Shown here in pieces: positions 53,553 through 64,000 of a stretch of DNA of 64,000 bases (positions are counted from its first letter, which is position 1; the number at the start of each line of letters is the position of its first letter). The notes under the pieces were generated by a model, which saw nothing but the letters and a program-made list of their open reading frames with translations, was not told the origin of the DNA and ran no database searches. Origin of the DNA: Octopus sinensis. Its lineage: Eukaryota. Position numbers and translations under genes: made by a program. Location: positions 52,638,001 through 52,702,000 of the forward strand of contig NC_043004.1 of the NCBI RefSeq assembly GCF_006345805.1. The letters run 5' to 3'.

Positions 53553-56397
53553 TTATCCATGACTCCTTTTCACTTGATGCCAAGGACACATTTTCCAATG
53601 GCTACTGTGAATCGGTATCAGTATACAACAAAGCCAAGGACATAACCATTGTTGGTCTTTACAGGCCTCCCCAGGCACCTCTAAAGTACTTTGAAGAGTG
53701 CCTTAGCAAAGTCGAGTACTTCCTTCGGAAGTACCACTCCGGAAACATAATAGTGATGGGTGATTTTAACCTCCCTCATGTGAACTGGCCCACAAATACT
53801 CCGAAGTTAGGCAAGTGCTCTACATCAGATAGGGCAGCAGCAGAACTGCTCTTTAATCTGATGGATGAGTATTTCCTGACTCAGTTAGTGCTTGAACCAA
53901 CAAGACAGAATAAAACGATCTTGGATCTGGTACTGACCAATCACTCTAGCTACGTTCACAGCATTTCAGTCGAAAAAACTCTCCTCTCAGACCACGACAT
54001 GGTACTCTGCAATCTTAATTCCCGACGTATAAAAACCAAACCAGCCAATCCCACTCCATGGCACCCATTTGACAACATAAATTTCCACAAAGCGGACTGG
54101 GGAACAATCAGAAAGGATCTGTCTTCCATCGACTGGTCTTTTACTCTCAATTCCCCTCATATTGAGACCGCGTGGCAGCACTTTGAAACCATTGTCACCG
54201 ACACATGCTCTAAACACGCTCCCAAGAAATCTACTAACACAAACAGAAACCGGCTCCCTAAAAAGAAAAAAACACTCATCAGGCGCATCAAAAGACTCAA
54301 CAAAAAAATCAACCAATTAAAATATTCCCACACGCAACATCCACATTCAACAACAATGAAAAGACTAGAGCTGGAAAAACTTCATCTGCAGACTAACATG
54401 AAAACCTCCATTGAAAATCAAAGAGCTGTGGAGGAACAATGGGTAATCAAAAACATCAAACAGAACCCAAAAGTGTTCTATTCTTATGCAAATAAGCATA
54501 GAACCACTGTCTCACCTATTGGGCCATTGATTGATGAAAACGGCATTCCCCAACACGATGCTAAAGAAATGGCAGAAATACTGCAGAAACAATATTGCTC
54601 TGTCTTCAGTGTTCCCACTGATATTGATGTGAGGGAAACGAACGAAGTTGACTCCCAACACAAAATCGCAGACATAACCTTCACTGCCACCGACATCGTA
54701 GCAGCAATAAATGAGGTCAAACATTACTCTGCTGTAGGCCCTGATAGATTTCCGCCAGTCTCCTGAAGGAATGTAGATATCAACTTGCAGTCCCTCTGAC
54801 CAACCTCTGGAGAAACTCGTTAGACGCAGGTTATATACCGAAAAAGTTTCTATCCCAGTCGGTCATCCCGGTTTTCAAACAGGGAAACAGATCCCTCGCA
54901 GTCAACTATCGCCCAATCTCACTCACCTCCCACATCATTAAAGTGTTTGAAAGAGTGTTAAGATCAAGGATAGCTGACTTCCTGGAGACCCACAAACTCC
55001 TAAATTCAAATCAGCATGGCTTTCGCTGTGGCAGGGACTGTCTAACACAGCTCTTACACCACATTGAAGATGTACTCAAAGCCTTGGGAACAGGTTTGAA
55101 CTCTGACGTCATATACCTTGACTTTAGTAAAGCGTTCGACAGGGTAGACCATAACATCCTACTCTCAAAATTGGCAAATGTTGGAATCCGTGGAAAAGTT
55201 CTACACTGGATTCAGTATTTCCTAGCGAATAGAACACAACATGTTGTAGTTGATGGAGTCCACTCAAACCCAGCAAAAGTCACCAGCGGTGTTCCCCAGG
55301 GAACTGTTTTGGGTCCGCTACTCTTCATAATTTATATAAACGACCTTTCCAGTGTCGTACATCACTGCAAAGTGAAAATATTCGCTGATGACATTAAGCT
55401 CCAGCAAATCGTCAATGAAGAAGCAGACCGAACTCAACTTCAGTCCGACCTATATGCTGTGAGTCAATGGGCAGACAGAAACAAAATGCAACTGAATGAG
55501 GGAAAATTTGAGCTGATGCATTTTGGAAGAAATTCCTCACTAAAACAACCATACTCTCTTCCTTCAGGGGAACCGCTCACAGCCTCTAACAATATCAGAG
55601 ACCTGGGTGTAATTGTTGATGACGATCTCAGTTGGAGTGCACACATCAACAAGAAGGTCGATACAGCTCGTAGGATTAGCTCCTGGATCTTAAGAACTTT
55701 CCGGTCCAGAGAACAAGGTGTCATCATACCACTTTTTTCATCCTTTGTACGGCCACACCTTGAATACTGCTGCCCACTGTGGTCTCCTCACACAAGACAA
55801 AACATCTCCAGAATTGAGTCACCCCAGAGGGCTCTCACTAAACAAATTGAAGGCATGGCTGCTCTCGACTATTGGGATCGCCTTAAAGCCTTGAAACGTT
55901 ACTCCCTCCAGCGTCGCCGTGAGCGGTACATCATTTGTACGATGTGGAAAATATACCGCCAACTTTGCCCAAACGACCTAAACATTAGCTTCAGTGTTCA
56001 TCCGAGACTTGGACCACGGGCTATACGTCCCCTGCCAAATTCAAGATCACAACATACATGTACACTGCAACATAATTTCTTTTCCTGAACAGGCCCTGCC
56101 CTATTTAACATTGTCCCGAGGGAGATCAAAGAGGAAAAGGATCCCATCAACTTCAAACAGAGTCTGGATAGATTCCTTCAAAGAATACCAGATAAGCCAC
56201 CCATAATTGGATACAACTCACCCAACAAGAACTCACTACTTGAACAAAACTGGATACAACTCACCCAACAAGAACTCACTACTTGAACAAAACTTGACTT
56301 AAACAGGATTCGAATAATCCTATCAGGTGGTGCTATTAAGTTAGACATGGCCTGGACCAATCTCTGGTCGAAACATATCTAAGTTTTATCTAAGTTT

Positions 56398-56398
<1 letters not shown>
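53553..56398 (+). mobile_element. Young 5'-truncated CR1-group (CR1/Daphne/Kiri-like) LINE, APE plus RT
   Basis: APE motifs VGLYRPP, MGDFNLPHVNW, LDLVLTN and LSDHDMV. RT motifs NYRPISLTS, YLDFSKAFDRVDH, SGVPQGTVLGPLLF, FADD and HLEYCCPLWSPH. One frameshift near 54755 and one premature TGA at 56086-88. There is a 43-bp tandem duplication at 56208-56293 and a short tandem tail (atctaagtttt)2. Both flanks are (TA)n. Confidence 0.93.
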
Positions 56399-56434
<36 letters not shown>

Positions 56435-56437
<3 letters not shown>

Positions 56438-56597
56438 CGGGCTTCTTTCGGTTTCTGTCTACCAAATCCACTCACAAGGTTTTGATCGGTTCGAGGCTAT
56501 AGCGGAAGACATTTGCCAAAGTTGCCACGCGATGGGACTGAAGACAGAAGTATGTGGTTGGGAAGCAAGCTTGTTACCACACAGCTACGTGTGCTCG
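56435..56597 (-). mobile_element. SINE family B head
   Basis: gacgggcttctttc...caaatccactcacaagg...gggactgaa...accacacagctac is the reverse complement of the 25480 head. Confidence 0.8.
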
Positions 56598-57267
56598 TAT
56601 ACTCATCAAATTAAAATATTTTTTTATAAACCAGAGCAGCAGATATATGGAGTGGAATATGCATATAACCTAAAACTCGATTACACAGAGAAATCTTTAT
56701 AGTAAAATCATAAATAAGTTCTTTATACCAATACAGATATCCAGATATGCAAACTAATTTGACAGAATTTAATTAATTTTAGTTTATTTTTGATTAATCT
56801 CATTTTGTACGTAGCTGTTGTACAAAACGATGCGATATACACTTTGAACTACATCAGGGTTTAAGACTTTCCGTTTCATCCCTAAACCTAAGATCGGGTT
56901 GGGGTTAAATAAGAAGCAATTCTTTTTATAGCCATATCAAATGTCTAAATCTTTCATCTTACTTTCTTTTTGTAGCTATACGCTAGCCAAGCAAAAATGA
57001 AGTCAGTTCGCTTCGAACCACATTTGTGAACAGAACTTGAATGATTATGCAAAGCTGAAAACAGATAGTTTCAAATGCTATTGCATATTCTATATACAGC
57101 AGAAGCACATATCGGTCGAATAAGCTAATTATGTTGTATAATCAACTGAAGCGAATATAGGATTAACACATCGGATGAACTACAGTGGGTTTGCTTATCC
57201 TAAATAATCCCGAGTCCTAAACCAGCGCTATATCCAAGTGCTTGGATAATGTATCCCTATAAGTTCG

Positions 57268-57334
<67 letters not shown>

Positions 57335-57360
57335 ATATATATATATATAAATATATATAT

Positions 57361-57572
57361 ATATACCAATTAAGGACTGGACACGAAAAGTGGACAGTCA
57401 ACATGCTAGATATAGACGTCAAATCGCCATTCTCCATAAAGAGTATGTTCTCAAATAAAACTGTGCTGAGTTTTATTTGAGAACATACTCTTTGTGGAGA
57501 ATGGCGATTTGACGTCTATATCTAGCATGTTGACTGTCCACTTTTCGTGTCCAGTTCTTAATTGGTATATAT
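57361..57572. repeat. Fold-back palindrome of family X, about 100-bp arms, 6-nt loop (57463-57468), within (TA)n
   Basis: ccaattaaggactggacacg...aaataaaact-gtgctg-agttttattt...cgtgtccagttcttaattgg. Two mismatches were seen. Confidence 0.95.
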
Positions 57573-57676
57573 AAATATTTTAATCTTCGGATTCTTTTCA
57601 ATATGCTAGACCACTGGTTTTAATTGACTAATATCAATTTCTACCCTAATTAATTTTATATATTTATATATATATA

Positions 57677-57740
<64 letters not shown>

Positions 57741-59559
57741 TCAGAAAGATAGAATACGAAGAAATTCTACTCATTGGCGAGTTGTCTGTACTGGAAGAAA
57801 TTCGGGAAGGGGATCGCCATAGAAAACTTCCAGAAATATTTCCGGCTTGAGACACACTTCGCAGACACGGTAGTACCGCCAGACAAGTTTACTTCATATG
57901 AACAAATTGACGAAGCTTATCTGCGTGCACCAATTCACTATGAGAACGTGAACATCAACTGCATTACTGCCTTGTTGAGTTCTGTGAATCGTATCACGTG
58001 TCGTATAGGACGCATCTCTCGAGCGAGCCGAGCCCCTCGTATTAGTTAATCTTACACTTATTTTTGATTTACTTACAAAATAAAGTTCGAGTTTTAATTA
58101 ATATTTACTTATAAAATTTGAGTAGGAAGATTATTATATTCAACGCAAAATATCTTTGGTTCTTGTAGGTTAACCCCACAATCAAAGGGGAAAAAAACAA
58201 AAAATATATTAAAAACCAACACACAATTTCATACAGATTATGTGATACTTGTGCTTGCGTTGATTATTAGGAGAATAGGACCTGCAAACATTTTATCAAT
58301 AAAAGCAACACGTTCTTACATCTTAATCAAACGAAGAGCATTACATTTGTTTTATTTTTTAAAGACATTTATTTAGGGGGAAATCCAGCCTCATCTTGAG
58401 GAGACGCAATTTAAAAGACAAAATTTGGACATGGTGCATTTTGATGAAAGAAGACCGCACGACCAGCATTATTCTGCACAAACAAGTGCATATCTGACTG
58501 AAACACTTATACTCACGTAAAGGAAACACAGACGACCTACAGAGCATCGTGAAAGTACAGTGTAATAAATGCGTGTTTCGCCGGTCAACGATATGGATAA
58601 TGATATCAATTTCTGAATCTTAGTCTCTTTCGTAGCAAAATACGCGAAAGTGCTCATCGCTGACGGGATATTAATCGATGTAATCTCATTGGGTCCTCAT
58701 GTCTCCCAAGTTAGCCCAAAATCTTCGCGGACTTATGTCTTGTTGCGGTGGGGGATGGAGTTCTGTAAAAAGTAAACACTCTAGTCATTCAGTGTTTAAA
58801 TCATTGCTGTTACACATCTAGCAATTGAGAAATAACGAGGAGATAATAGATAATGAAACTATGATCCACAGGCTGCAACTCCAGAAGAATCAAAGGTAAC
58901 TTCTAATCTGCGGTTTCCAGAACGGATCAGGCAACCGCGTGACAGCAATCCCAAATTAAACAACTACGCTACACATCCCATGCTGGTAATGAAACGGTAA
59001 CGAGAAATACCTGTAAAAGAGTGCGTAAAGCAAGGGATCGAGCAACCGGACAAAAGGAATGAGACACAAAGAGAAAGAAAGGCAAAACCTATTAGAAGGT
59101 CTCCATATTCCACGGTCTGGGCCGTTATGAATTTCACGGATCAACTTAGCAGCGAAGAGCTAGCTGGACTACTGAACTATTAATACATATATCTAATACG
59201 CAGGTACAGAAATGAGAAAAATAAAAGTTGGTCATTGATTATTTTGTATTTGTAAAACTTATTTCATATTCGAAACATTTCTGTTTTTAGTTGGATAAAT
59301 TTCAGATTTAAATTCTAGAAAGCAAGTAGCATTGTTCACGCCCAAAAGATTTTCAAATGAATAATTTATGGTAACTAGAGAAAATATAAACAAATATTGT
59401 AAAACATAACGGAAAAAATTGTGTAAAACAAATGCAATTACAAACAGAAAAAAACAAATATGCACTCGTTGGAAAATACACAGAAAAATACTATCAAAAT
59501 CATGGGTACTGTAAACACAGATACTAGCGATATTTCTAAAGCGTACAATTTCTCGATAG

Positions 59560-59750
59560 CTTCGTCAGTCACTGGACTACGTCCATGCTGGGGCACCGCC
59601 TTAAGAGTTTGGTGGAACAAATCAAGCCGAGTATTTATTATTTTTTAATATGTGGTACTAATTCTATTGCTTGATTTTGCCGAACAGCTAAGTTACGGTA
59701 ATGGAACAATCAAATACCGGACAAACACAAAGAGGTCACACATATACATA

Positions 59751-59809
<59 letters not shown>

Positions 59810-59822
59810 ATATATATATATA

Positions 59823-59878
<56 letters not shown>

Positions 59879-60080
59879 ATATATAGGTAGATAGAAATAG
59901 ACACACACACATATATTATATAGATATAGATACACACACATACACGCACGCACATATACACATACACACACACAAGATGGGTTATTTTTTTCCAGTGTCG
60001 ACTACCAAATCCACTCACAAGGCTTTGATCATTACGTTACTCTTATAAAAGACACTTACCCGAGATATCATGCGGCAGTG
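59560..60080 (-). mobile_element. SINE family B (diverged, head truncated by the RTE fragment)
   Basis: ccatgctggggcaccgcc tail and ctaccaaatccactcacaaggctttg...aagacacttaccc head segment. Confidence 0.7.
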
Positions 60081-61225
60081 CTTAGAAGAGATATTCCACG
60101 GTAATTGTTACAATCACCACGGTCACCCTTCTTTTTGTAAAGCGTAATGATGTTAGCATCCCGCATATCCTGAGGGACTGTAGCCTCTTCCCAGCACTGA
60201 CACAGAAGCTCATGAATGTGCCAAAGCAGGATGATGTTTTTGCCGGTTTTGATGATCTCTAAGGGGATGCCGTCTTTTCCCAGAGCCTTGGTGAGCTCAG
60301 CTATAGCTGGCAGACTGTCAAGTTCACACATGATTGGCAAGATCTTGACACTCTCGATTGCAGCCTCAGCTACCGTGGTCTCTCGTGAGTAGAGATCCTG
60401 ATAGTACTCCACCCATCTATCCATTTGCTTACTTTGGTCCTTGATGAGATCCCCAGTACTTGATTTCAGAGAGGCTGACTTGGTTGCGGATGGACCGAGG
60501 TTTTTTTCAAACCGGCATACATCCCACGGGTGTCTCCATTGTTAGCAGCTGACTGGAAACTCTGACAGATTTCCTGCCAATACCTATTTGCACAGCGTCT
60601 GGCTGTCAGTTGGGTTTTATTTCTTGCCTTTCTAAGTTCTTCGAGTGACTTTGTAGAAGAATCACTCTTGTATTACATCAGAGCTGCACGCTTTGTTTCG
60701 ATCACTGTTTCCAGCTCTGAGAGCCCAGCACTAAACAAAATCAGGGGTTTTGCCTTTCTCTCATGCAGAAAGTATCTATTGATGTGGTATACAAAGCTTC
60801 CCTGATATAATTCCACCTACTTTCAGTAGAGGTGGTTGGGCAGCTACTGAGGGCAACTTTGATAGAAACAGCAAAACATTGTCGCAGTGTAGGGTCGGAG
60901 GTTCTGGCAGTGTTAATGCGTGGTCGGCCCATTTTCTTGGAGTGATGGACTTTTTTAGGCAGAATCCTCACCCTGCTTCTTATTAGTGAATGATCTGTGT
61001 CACAATCCGCGCTGTGGTAACTACGAGTCAGTTGAACAGAATTGAGAAAGGGTCTTCGTATAATGATGAGATCCAGCTGATGCCAGTGGTGAGATCTTGG
61101 ATGTCTCCAAGATGCCTTGTGGGATGTCTTGTTGGGTACGAATGTGTTAGTGATGCACAGGTTAAGGTATGTGCAAAATTCAAGTAGTCTCTGGCCATTG
61201 TCATTCATGTTGCCAATACCAAAAC
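60080..61225 (-). pseudogene. RTE-clade (BovB/RTE-1-like) LINE fragment: APE C-terminal half to start of RT
   Basis: MNDNGQRLLEFC...NTF...SWRHPRSHHWHQLDLII...SADCDTDHSL, then RWVEYYQDLYS and VPQDMRDANIITLYKKKGDRGDCNNYRGISLLS. Confidence 0.9.
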
Positions 61226-61291
61226 ACATACACTTACATATATACATACATATATATACGATCGATTTGTTTTAGTTCCTGTCTACGAATT

Positions 61292-61326
<35 letters not shown>

Positions 61327-61929
61327 CATATATGCATACACACGCATACATACATATATATTTGGAATTTACAAAAGAAACGAACAAAAGACGAAGATGG
61401 GTGTGTAAACAACAAACAGGTTTATTAGTTTAACGCTTTGGACTTAGGAAAATTTATATAGGGAGTACTACTGATTTAAAAATTAGACATAGGGGACACA
61501 AGAATTCATTTATTCCCCCCTATATAAAAAATTACAGACATTTTAGTATGTTGTAAGCATAAATATTTAGCATCTTGTAATTTTCTTAAACTTTGAAATA
61601 TAATTTTTTAGAATATAAAAGCTTTTTGAAAATATGGTCCAATTAGATGATTAGATCCAATGAACACTTATGCACAAACCTGTAAACTTAATTTTTTTTT
61701 TTATTATACAGAGTGGAATATTCCAATTGGCTACTATTTGCATGATTAACTATTTAAACGTGGGATCCTCTTGAAAAACTTCAAGCCTGGTATTATGCTG
61801 TCGCTTATTCATCGATAAATGTAGTGCCGTTTGCTTGTTGATCGAAAATATTTTTTTTGTGTGTTTTGTTACCAGCTGTTGATTGCTGAAAAGAAAAAAA
61901 AAGAAAAAGTAAGTTTTTTTTCGAATTGT

Positions 61930-64000
61930 TAGTCGAATTGTTATTTGACTGATATTATAGAAGCCGCTGAGGAGGGGTAGGCCAATAATGGCCAGCCCGA
62001 AGGCGGACAGAACGGAGGACCGAACCCAGGTCCTGAACAAGAGTCCGGAGATGTCCAGCCCAGAAAGAATAACAGCTTGCACGATGTCTAACCCCGAAAA
62101 AACGGGTATACCCGGCTTTTCCTCGGATACCGACGAAGAGGAAAGCAGGGGAACCAAAACAGCGTTAAAAGTACGCAGGAATATAGATGTGCCAAACGTG
62201 GCAAAGAAAATGTTGAACTTCGCCGAAAGCGGCAAGCCCCAAAGGAAGGAAGATAGATTTGACCAAACTAGAAGAAGTTAAGAAAACAGTATCCAGAAGC
62301 GGGTACGAAATAAAACTACACCAGACACAAGAATCTCGTGAAGAGATAGAAAGGAAGACAATAGTGTACAAAACATACCGTAACAAAGAAAGGAAGATAG
62401 ACTTTTCTTCGGAAAAGGAAGTGGAGCTATGCATGAAACCCATCTGGGAAAAAATTAAATTCTTAACCAGGGGTAAAAGATATGGTACGGTGGAAACCAG
62501 GTTTTGAACAGAGGAGGAAGCAAGGGAGCAGTCCATGATTCCCCTGAGAACAGAGGCAATAACCCTTCTCCCTATCTATAGAGGGAGGCGCGTCTCGAGA
62601 ATAACAATAACAAACATCCCGCCAGAGGTCGAGCCCGAGTAGATAGTGGCAGGAGTCACCGCAGGGCTAGAAGAAAAATTGGAAATACGAGACACCACTG
62701 TCGAAGACGCCAAAAAGTGGCAGGAGCAGAAGGTGAGGATAACAATACAAGCCGAGCCGGACGTCTTAGAAGAAATAGGTGAGGTAATTGAAATCGGAGA
62801 AAGCCGGATGGCGTAATGGTGGAGGGCCGGAAGCCCAGGTGTTTCACCTGTGGCAAGAAGGGACACATCAAGAAAGACTGCAAGCCGGCAGAGAAGGAGA
62901 AGGATGAGCCCATAAAGCCAAGCTCTCAAGTGGCGGTAACGGAGACAACACCTGCACCAGAAGAAGGGGAGGGGTGGTCACAAGTTGCTGCTACAAAACG
63001 GAAACATAACAACCCCTCCCCGGAGAAAACCAAAAGCAGAGAGAAAAGGGAGGGGAAGAAAGCCAAGAAACCGGATAAAGAAAACAAGATATATGCTGCG
63101 TTGAACACCTCAAACAGAGGAGTGATGCGCAGAGTAGAGACGCAACACATCGAAGAAACGGAAGAAAAATGAGGAGATTGGAAGTGCTACGTGATGGGAC
63201 AGAGAGTGTTCAACACGTTAGCGAACGACTTCAGGAAAGATGTGTGCCCATCCAGAATGAGCAAAGAAGATGCCCTGAAAGATGTGGAAAGGAGCAGCAG
63301 CACGCCGATTCCACGGACCCTGGAAGCAGAAGAGACGGGTTTCCCCCGTCTGCCGGACCCAGACGAAACAAGGTAAGCGAACTATGGCTGTTCACGTTGG
63401 CTGTATAAATGTGCGCGGCCTGACAGCGAACTGGAAACAAGGTCGTTTACTAAATGATGTCAGGTCGCAGAATTTAAATGTAATTGTAGCTACTGAGACG
63501 CGAATCGAAGGGCCAAGAGATCTACTCCCGCTCCTGGATGGCTACGAGAAATTTATTTCTCCTTGCCGGCGGGGGGGTGGGAGTGGGGTGTTGGTCCTGT
63601 TTAAAAAAGATAGTGTCTCAGAGAAAAAGTTGATTTTTTCTGACTCAGAAGGTAGGCTGGCCGTCTTAGATCTGACGTTCAGTTGTGGTAAAGAAATCAG
63701 GCTGGTAGCAGTATACGCACCTAATTCGAGTCAGACTGATTTTTATCGAGACCTGGAGAAGTTTCTTGGCACGTCAAAATCCATAGTCATGCTAGGGGAC
63801 TTTAACGCCATAGTCGATGCGCGCGTCGATGGCGTTGGCTCAAAAGATAGAAAACCAAACCCTGGTTTCCGGGATCTACTGAGTCGCTTTCAGCTGGTAG
63901 ATCCCTACAGACTTGAATTCCTGAACGCTCCACAGTGGACGTGGTTAAGTGGCGACGGGACTGTCAGGTCCTACATAGACATAATTTTTATTAGAAAAAT
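61930..64000 (+). mobile_element. L1/Tx1-type LINE, 5' portion (continues past the window edge)
   Basis: ORF1-like region 61988-63376 is broken by several frameshifts and stops and has a CCHC knuckle (CFTCGKKGHIKKDC). An APE ORF2 starts 7 nt later. Confidence 0.85.
63384..64000 (+). CDS. LINE ORF2 N-terminal apurinic-like endonuclease (partial, open to the window end; absent from the ORF track because no stop is reached)
   Basis: MAVHVGCINVRGL...ATETR...GGGSGVLVLFK...SDSEGRLAVLD...LVAVYAPN...MLGDFNA...LVDPYR...WTW...RSYIDIIFI. No stop in 205 codons by manual translation. Confidence 0.9.
   Translation, partial: MAVHVGCINVRGLTANWKQGRLLNDVRSQNLNVIVATETRIEGPRDLLPLLDGYEKFISPCRRGGGSGVLVLFKKDSVSEKKLIFSDSEGRLAVLDLTFSCGKEIRLVAVYAPNSSQTDFYRDLEKFLGTSKSIVMLGDFNAIVDARVDGVGSKDRKPNPGFRDLLSRFQLVDPYRLEFLNAPQWTWLSGDGTVRSYIDIIFIRK

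Noticed and set aside
57740-58050. 91-aa plus-strand ORF, or decayed mariner 5' end on the minus strand (tacgagggg start)
   Set aside because: No recognisable domain, and only vague HTH-like words with stops. Not supportable either way.

Overview
AT-rich, microsatellite-laden eukaryotic DNA with no confidently identifiable host protein-coding gene. The tRNA-derived SINEs, repeat landscape and composition suggest a cephalopod (Octopus-like) genome; this is inference. The window is a transposon graveyard. It holds Penelope-like elements (PLE; RT remnant at 1-760 and a nearly full-length RT plus GIY-YIG pseudogene at 32.2-34.5 kb) and several non-LTR elements (young CR1-group LINE, RTE fragment, L1/Tx1-type LINE running off the right edge, Dong/R4-type REL fragment next to a long (AAT)n array). 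It also holds DNA transposons (near-intact DD34D mariner, Tc1, maT-like remnant, pogo-like MITE, a two-headed mariner) and two SINE families. The main hidden signal is non-coding: about 17 Type I hammerhead-ribozyme-like motifs (about 7 with intact core and stems), of the minimal kind with a palindromic stem III. They lie in several unrelated-looking short repeat families. These families occur as greater-than-unit-length head-to-tail repeats (552 and 586 bp units) and as long fold-back palindromes, and their 3' ends usually abut (TA)n tracts. This fits a PLE-mobilised, retrozyme-like (possibly circular RNA) system. No cleavage, expression or database check could be run, so activity and novelty are unverified.
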